Shown here piece after piece: positions 58,724 to 64,000 of a DNA stretch of 64,000 nt (position 1 is the first letter of the stretch; every line of letters starts with the position of its first letter). The DNA is from Chrysemys picta bellii (lineage: Eukaryota). The position numbers were made by a program, and so were the translations under genes. Below the pieces are notes generated by a model that was given only the letters and a program-made list of their open reading frames with translations, made no database searches and was not told the origin of the DNA. Where the stretch lies: contig NC_088800.1 of NCBI RefSeq assembly GCF_011386835.1, positions 2,294,001-2,358,000 of the forward strand. Direction: 5' to 3'.

Positions 58724-60936
58724 GATATGATTCAAAACTCAATGGAAGAAATGGGAATCTTTCAATTTCCATTGTTTTCAATGGGTTTGAGATCAGGTCC
58801 TCAATGCTCCATGCTAATAATTTCTAAATGATGGAAAGAGTTTTTTCACTGTGCGTGTAGGAGGCCCAAGCTCTGCCTTGTTTTCTAGGGTAGAATGGGA
58901 AGGTTGTTCCAAAAGAAAAAAAAAAGAAGAAAAAAAAAAGAAATTAACGCTTCCCTAACACTAGCCCTAACCCTTTTTAAACGAGTAGAACTCTTTTTCA
59001 GTAAATAGAGTTATTCTCTGTCTGGAAGCTACCAGCACATCTGGGCACTATTTGTAGCTGTTTCCTGCTTCTTAACCCTTTGCCAACTTGAGCTTGTCAT
59101 GACATTTCCCATGGCGCATTTCCATATGACCATAAGGAAGTTACATTTTCCCTGAACAGTTTCTTCAGGGGAAACTTGAATTAAAGAAAATAAAATTAAT
59201 TTGTGTTTTATGGTTATGGAAACACCTAAAGAAGAAAAACTACCCTATTCATATACGTGTTCGCTCCATCTGAAAAGCAAGGCCAAAGAGATTTACCTAC
59301 AGCAGCCAAAACAAATAATTTCCTTGGGTGAGCTTTGCCAGCTTTGCAGTGTTTGCACTCCTACATGCCTGTGGTTGTGTTTAAAACACTCTGTAAACGA
59401 CAACTGCACTCCTCCAGCAAAACTCATGTCAAACATAAACTTTGCTCTTGACCTAGAAACAAGATTACATAAAGGGTTTTTTTTAAACAAGTTCAATTGC
59501 ACATGCTAAAATGATGTACTTATGAAAGTGGTTAACCAGGGAACCTATTCTGGGCTCATTAGAGACCTTTCTTTATCTGATTCTGAAACTCCTTAAGCCA
59601 TGAAAGGCTGAATGCCACCTGAAAAATAAGTAAAGACCATAAAATTGCTCTTGTGGTTGTGATTGATTGTGTACTCAAAAGACCTCAAGAAAACCAGGGG
59701 TGTGCATTAAAACACTTAGGGTGGGAGTGCTGTTAATCATGCACTTACATTGTGAGGTCTGTGTTGTTAGTTCTGCAAACCTGGAATGTCATTTCAAAGC
59801 TCATTTGGAAGGATGGACCATTGTGAAAATATTCCTCTGCCAGGAGCGTGGAGGCAGTCCCAACTTTACAGATTATCCTGCTTTATCCCCACTCTTTTTT
59901 ACCACCAGCCCTGGCACTTTTTCTGGGATCTCATTTTAGAAAACCTTCCTATCTTTTGCCCAGGTGGTGCCATTGCCTTTTAAGCAGAACTCATCATAGA
60001 CTTCATGGGAAGTTCTGCTTACGAACTGATGGCATGACATAGCCCCATATCCTTTAAACCCACTGTGTCGCTATGGTTCATTATAACTCCTGCTCCTCAC
60101 CTTGGGTCACAGGCTCTGACATTGTAACCTTTTGGAAAGCTTTGTTTCTAATACTGTCCAACAATTATCTGGTGGGGGAAGGAAGAGACATCTGGGGACC
60201 AGCTGTGTCAACCCAGAAATCATGGAATAGACAATGCTACACCATAGTTTGTTATTCAGATGCTTTGATTATAGGGCCACCTTTCTTAGAAAGTTATGCC
60301 ATATTTGGTCACTGCCACACTAAAGTCTGACAGAAAGAAATCCTCTTGTTGTGGCTCACACACCTTGTTATAACCTGTTTGCAAACTGCTCATTGAGAAC
60401 AAAGGGCAGTAAAGGGTGCTGGAATTTTCCCCAGTGATTCTGAATCTGCTTAAAGGAATGTTTTTTCTTTTTGGCATTAAAAAAGACATTGCATATGTGT
60501 TACATTCACAAGTGCTTCGTCTTTACCTTTGTTTTGAATTGGGTTTCAGGTGCTTTCTGCCTGGACTAATCACGAATGATTTGTATGTAAAGGTAGACAA
60601 AGAAAACTCTAAACCTCAATCCACAGACCTTCCACTGCACAGATTCCTAGCTAGCCCCATCAGTTGAACTGCTTGTGTGGTTTCAAATGTATGCTGTTTT
60701 AAAAGATATAATTAATGGCATTTGAAAATACCCTCTCTGGGGTCACCTCTTTGTTACTGTTTCACTGTGCAATACCTCATTAGGTCAGAGCCCAGTGGTC
60801 TGAGCTTGGGGCAGGGTCATACCTTGCTAGATGATAAGAAGATATTCAGATATGTGCTGTAAATGGGGTTTTCCTAATGAAGTCACCTAGTCAATGAATC
60901 TAATCACACCTGGACAAAGCAAGAGCCTTAACTTAC

Positions 60937-61082
60937 GTGGGGTTGTTGCATTGCCTTTCTGCGTTCTGCACGCCAGCACCACATGTCCGAGAGCAAGTAG
61001 ACCAAGAACTCCAGGTTCCCCAGCCTCCATCAATGGCGTCCGGGCGGTAGCCCACCTGCACACACTCTCCATTGAAGCACCA
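60937..61082 (-). CDS. ADAMTS7: ADAMTS7 coding exon (disintegrin end/TSR1)
   Basis: ccgcag|TGG ... CCC AC|gtaagt; 146 bp; [48 protein letters not shown] with the WxxWxxW TSR motif. Confidence 0.96.
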
Positions 61083-62651
61083 CTGCGGAGTAACCCAGAC
61101 AAGAGTGAGGCCAGCTGATGTTTAACAATACTCTTACAAGGCACTAACTGGCACTCGTTTATAAATCCCTAATCTGATGAACGTGCAGCACAGAGAAGAG
61201 AACTCCGAACGAGAGCGGTGTGCATCACAGCGCAATGGAACACACCGGGACACTTGGTTAGTGGGAGGTGTGCACATGGGAGTAAGATTAGTTTGGTTTC
61301 ACACACACCTATTTCACCACAACTCACGCTCCAGCTTCCTGGCAGTGCCTAGGCAGAACACATTAATCCAGCCTGAGATTAATGCTTTGGTTCTGGTGTC
61401 ATAACAAAGGCTCTACCAGCTGGTTACCCGGTTAACATGGAGAACGGGTAAGATGGTAGGTTCTACAGGGAAAGCCTCAGGAGTCCTTCACGATCTGTAG
61501 AATTGAACTAAACTCTTAGGGCCAGATTATTGGCACCCGCCATTCTGCATTTAGCTCTACCCAGGAGTGGGGGACGTGCAAATGTTTTTATGTTACAGTT
61601 ATTCTGTTTTATGCTACTTGAACCCGAAGCCACTGTCCTGGTCCCAAGATGCAATTTAGAAGAGTCTCAGGGTTGTTCTGTGACGTGCTCACTGGGAATA
61701 GCCCACAAAGGGTCATTAGAGCAGCCAGGGATTGGCTGGTTGTGGCTGCTCTCTGGCCATGCCTTCTACACCTGGAGAGGGGGCATAGGAGCCGCGACCC
61801 TAGCCCTATGCCACACAGGGATTTCTCTGCCTGTTGTGTGCTGCTACTGCAAAAAAGCAGGTGGAATGGCGGCCTCGATCTGGTTGTTAATTCTCCTCTT
61901 TAGTTCTAGCTGCACGCGCTGGGCTGGAAGAAAGTTGAGTGTGAATGAGGCTACAGTTGCATATGCAATGCTTGGAAAGTCAGGCCCGTAAGGCCAACAG
62001 CTGCCATGTGAACGCGTCACGGAGCAAAACATGACTCCGCCTCTTATGCTGCTTCAATGGATTTAGGGCCCAGTCCTGTCATTCTTACTGGGGCAGATCT
62101 CTCCCTGAAAGCCACTGGAGTTGTGCCAGAGTAAGGACTGCATGACTCGGTCTATAGTAAGCATCCCGACAGGGGTGGATTTTTGCCTGCAAAATTTTGG
62201 ATTTTACCCGTTACCTTTAAAGTTAAGCAGAGATCAAATCCCTCATTTTCCCCACACCCCACAGGTGTGCTGATCCTTGTGCAAGTTCACCCAATGTACC
62301 AGAAAAAATATACGTAGCTAGGTCCTTCTAGATCTCACCTTGGCAAAGCTGTGCCGGTAGCCGTGACATGGCAAACATTAGCACCTGGCTGCCTCGGTGA
62401 TTTGAAGCATACGCTGCTTGAATACTCAACAGTACTGAACGTTTAAATAATGACCAGAACACACAAATCCAATGGAGCCGAATGTATCCATTTCTAGGTA
62501 TGGTCGCAGCTGTAGTTCCGATGCTGCGGAATTGCATTCTGCAACTTGTCCTATTTTTTGACTTATATAATAAACCAGTGTGATGAACATCGTCCCTTAC
62601 ATACAGGAGAAGGAATCGACTGTGGCTGCGAATACAATTTACTCTAATTAC

Positions 62652-62744
62652 CTTGTTCTCGCCACACTTTGTGCCATCGACGGCAGCATCCAGCTTGGAG
62701 TGGCACGTGTTCCCCACTGAGCACCAGAGCGTATTGCAGACGTT
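62652..62744 (-). CDS. ADAMTS7: ADAMTS7 coding exon (disintegrin-like)
   Basis: ccgcag|AAC ... AAC AAG|gtaatt; 93 bp; [31 protein letters not shown]. Confidence 0.96.
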
Positions 62745-63131
62745 CTGCGGAAAACAAGTGTGGACACAGCCTGGGGGTTACTGAGCATTCCAAAGGGCCA
62801 CCCCAAATCTGACCTATTCGAAACGTGTTCACACACTGAATTATCCCACTGATCTAATCAGTCAGCAAAGAAAGCCACGGTGACCTTTTTGTCTATAGAA
62901 CTCCCCTTCTGGCCACCCTTTTCTCTGGCAGTTTGGACGTTCGCTTTCCCATATATAGCCCCCTTACTTTCCTCTCCTTTACAGTGAACCTTCCTTAAAC
63001 CAGGAGGAGAGAATGTTTGTGTGTTTGCTGTCAGTTTGGCTCCTTGGATCTATTGGAAGGGGAACTTTGGGGACAGAGGGCTCCACAAACAAACCAACCT
63101 CTCTCCTATAATAAATGGAGATATACCTCTC

Positions 63132-63302
63132 TCATAGAACTGGAAGGGACCCCAAAAGAGCATCGAGTCCAGCCCCCTGCCTTCACTAGCAGGACCAAGT
63201 ACTGATTTTGCCCTAGATCCCTAAGTGGCCCCCTTAAGGATTGAGCTCACAACCTGGGGTTTAGCAAGCCCATGCTCAAACCCCTGAGCTATCCCTCCCC
63301 CC
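63132..63302 (-). mobile_element. Tortoise PolIII SINE (second copy)
   Basis: Reverse complement gggggagggatagctcagggg...gagctcaatcc...gtcccttccagttctatga. Confidence 0.9.
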
Positions 63303-63469
63303 TAACTCAGGCAACATGACAAGGTCCTTTCTCCACTAACCATTCATAATGCAGGATTTATTCCCTTCATCAGCAGAGAGTGAGTTTCTATGCAAAGATT
63401 TTCACTCAGCAGTCACAAATTCTATCATTACATAAAGGAAAACTGCAGGAACACCCAACCCCGACTTAC

Positions 63470-63614
63470 ATCCATGTCATCGCAGAAGGCGGAGTATGCT
63501 CCATACTGCAGCCGGCACTGATGGCTGACGTCATAGAGAACTCCTGGTGGAACCAAGGGGTAGTCTACCACTTCTTTGGCAGGTGGGTCATCCAGACACA
63601 ACCCCCAGCCTCGA
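63470..63614 (-). CDS. ADAMTS7: ADAMTS7 coding exon (catalytic end/disintegrin-like; equivalent to human exon 9)
   Basis: ttgcag|T CGA GGC TGG ... GAC ATG GAT|gtaagt; 145 bp; encodes (D)RGWGLCLDDPPAKEVVDYPLVPPGVLYDVSHQCRLQYGAYSAFCDDMD, near-identical to recalled ADAMTS7. Confidence 0.96.
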
Positions 63615-64000
63615 CTGCAAACATGAAACGGACAAGTCAGAATCAAGCAGACGGGGATCAATGTAGGGCACGAAGAGACCCAGCAAAACAGGCACTTGTA
63701 GAACATTAGAATTGTTGTTAAAAACAAAGGAAGAATCGTAACTCTGGTGCATAAATGGCAACCAAGAGTCATCTGCAGCCGGTGAGCACCAGTAGCTCGT
63801 TGCTCTGATACCTTGCTGGAGCTGAGATTTCATTGGAGAGCCTGTTCTCACAGGCTTTCCAGACCACAGTTGCTGACTCAGCGCAGCTGGTGAAAGTGGG
63901 GGCAACTCCATAGACGTCAATGGAATTACATCCACTTAGCCCAAGAGGTTTCAATGAGCTCAATGTTAGGTACTCAGCTGAGCCCATGAGGCTGTGAGGA

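Noticed and set aside
1-64000. CRISPR arrays, prokaryotic operons, tandem arrays or a second protein-coding gene
   Set aside because: Spliced vertebrate locus; no regularly spaced repeats and no plus-strand exon chain were seen.

Overview
Vertebrate genomic DNA, almost certainly from a turtle: it carries two tortoise PolIII-type tRNA-derived SINEs plus a reptile-style mix of CR1, Penelope, hAT and Harbinger repeats. The whole window lies inside one minus-strand gene, ADAMTS7. I reconstructed 15 consecutive coding exons (63614 down to 7374, 4076 nt, phase-compatible, no stops seen). They run from the disintegrin-like domain through TSR1, the Cys-rich and spacer domains, TSR2-4, a 1905-bp mucin exon and TSR5-8. 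The protease exons lie to the right of the window, and I could not find the terminal PLAC exon by eye, so it probably lies to the left. The introns hold hAT MITEs with 8-bp TSDs, Harbinger-type MITEs, CR1 and RTE fragments, Penelope fragments, MIR-like SINEs, AmnSINE1 pieces, solo-LTR-like segments and a 145-N assembly gap. Best leads: (1) an apparently intact minimal hammerhead ribozyme in a Penelope end, in the sense orientation of the ADAMTS7 pre-mRNA, plus a mutated one from a second Penelope family; (2) a non-canonical GC donor closing the giant phase-0 mucin exon, whose skipping would rebuild a seamless hybrid TSR; (3) a split 5S-derived AmnSINE1. No prokaryotic-type system, CRISPR array or viral ORF is supported. 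Repeat family names and homology come from recalled consensus sequences, not database searches.
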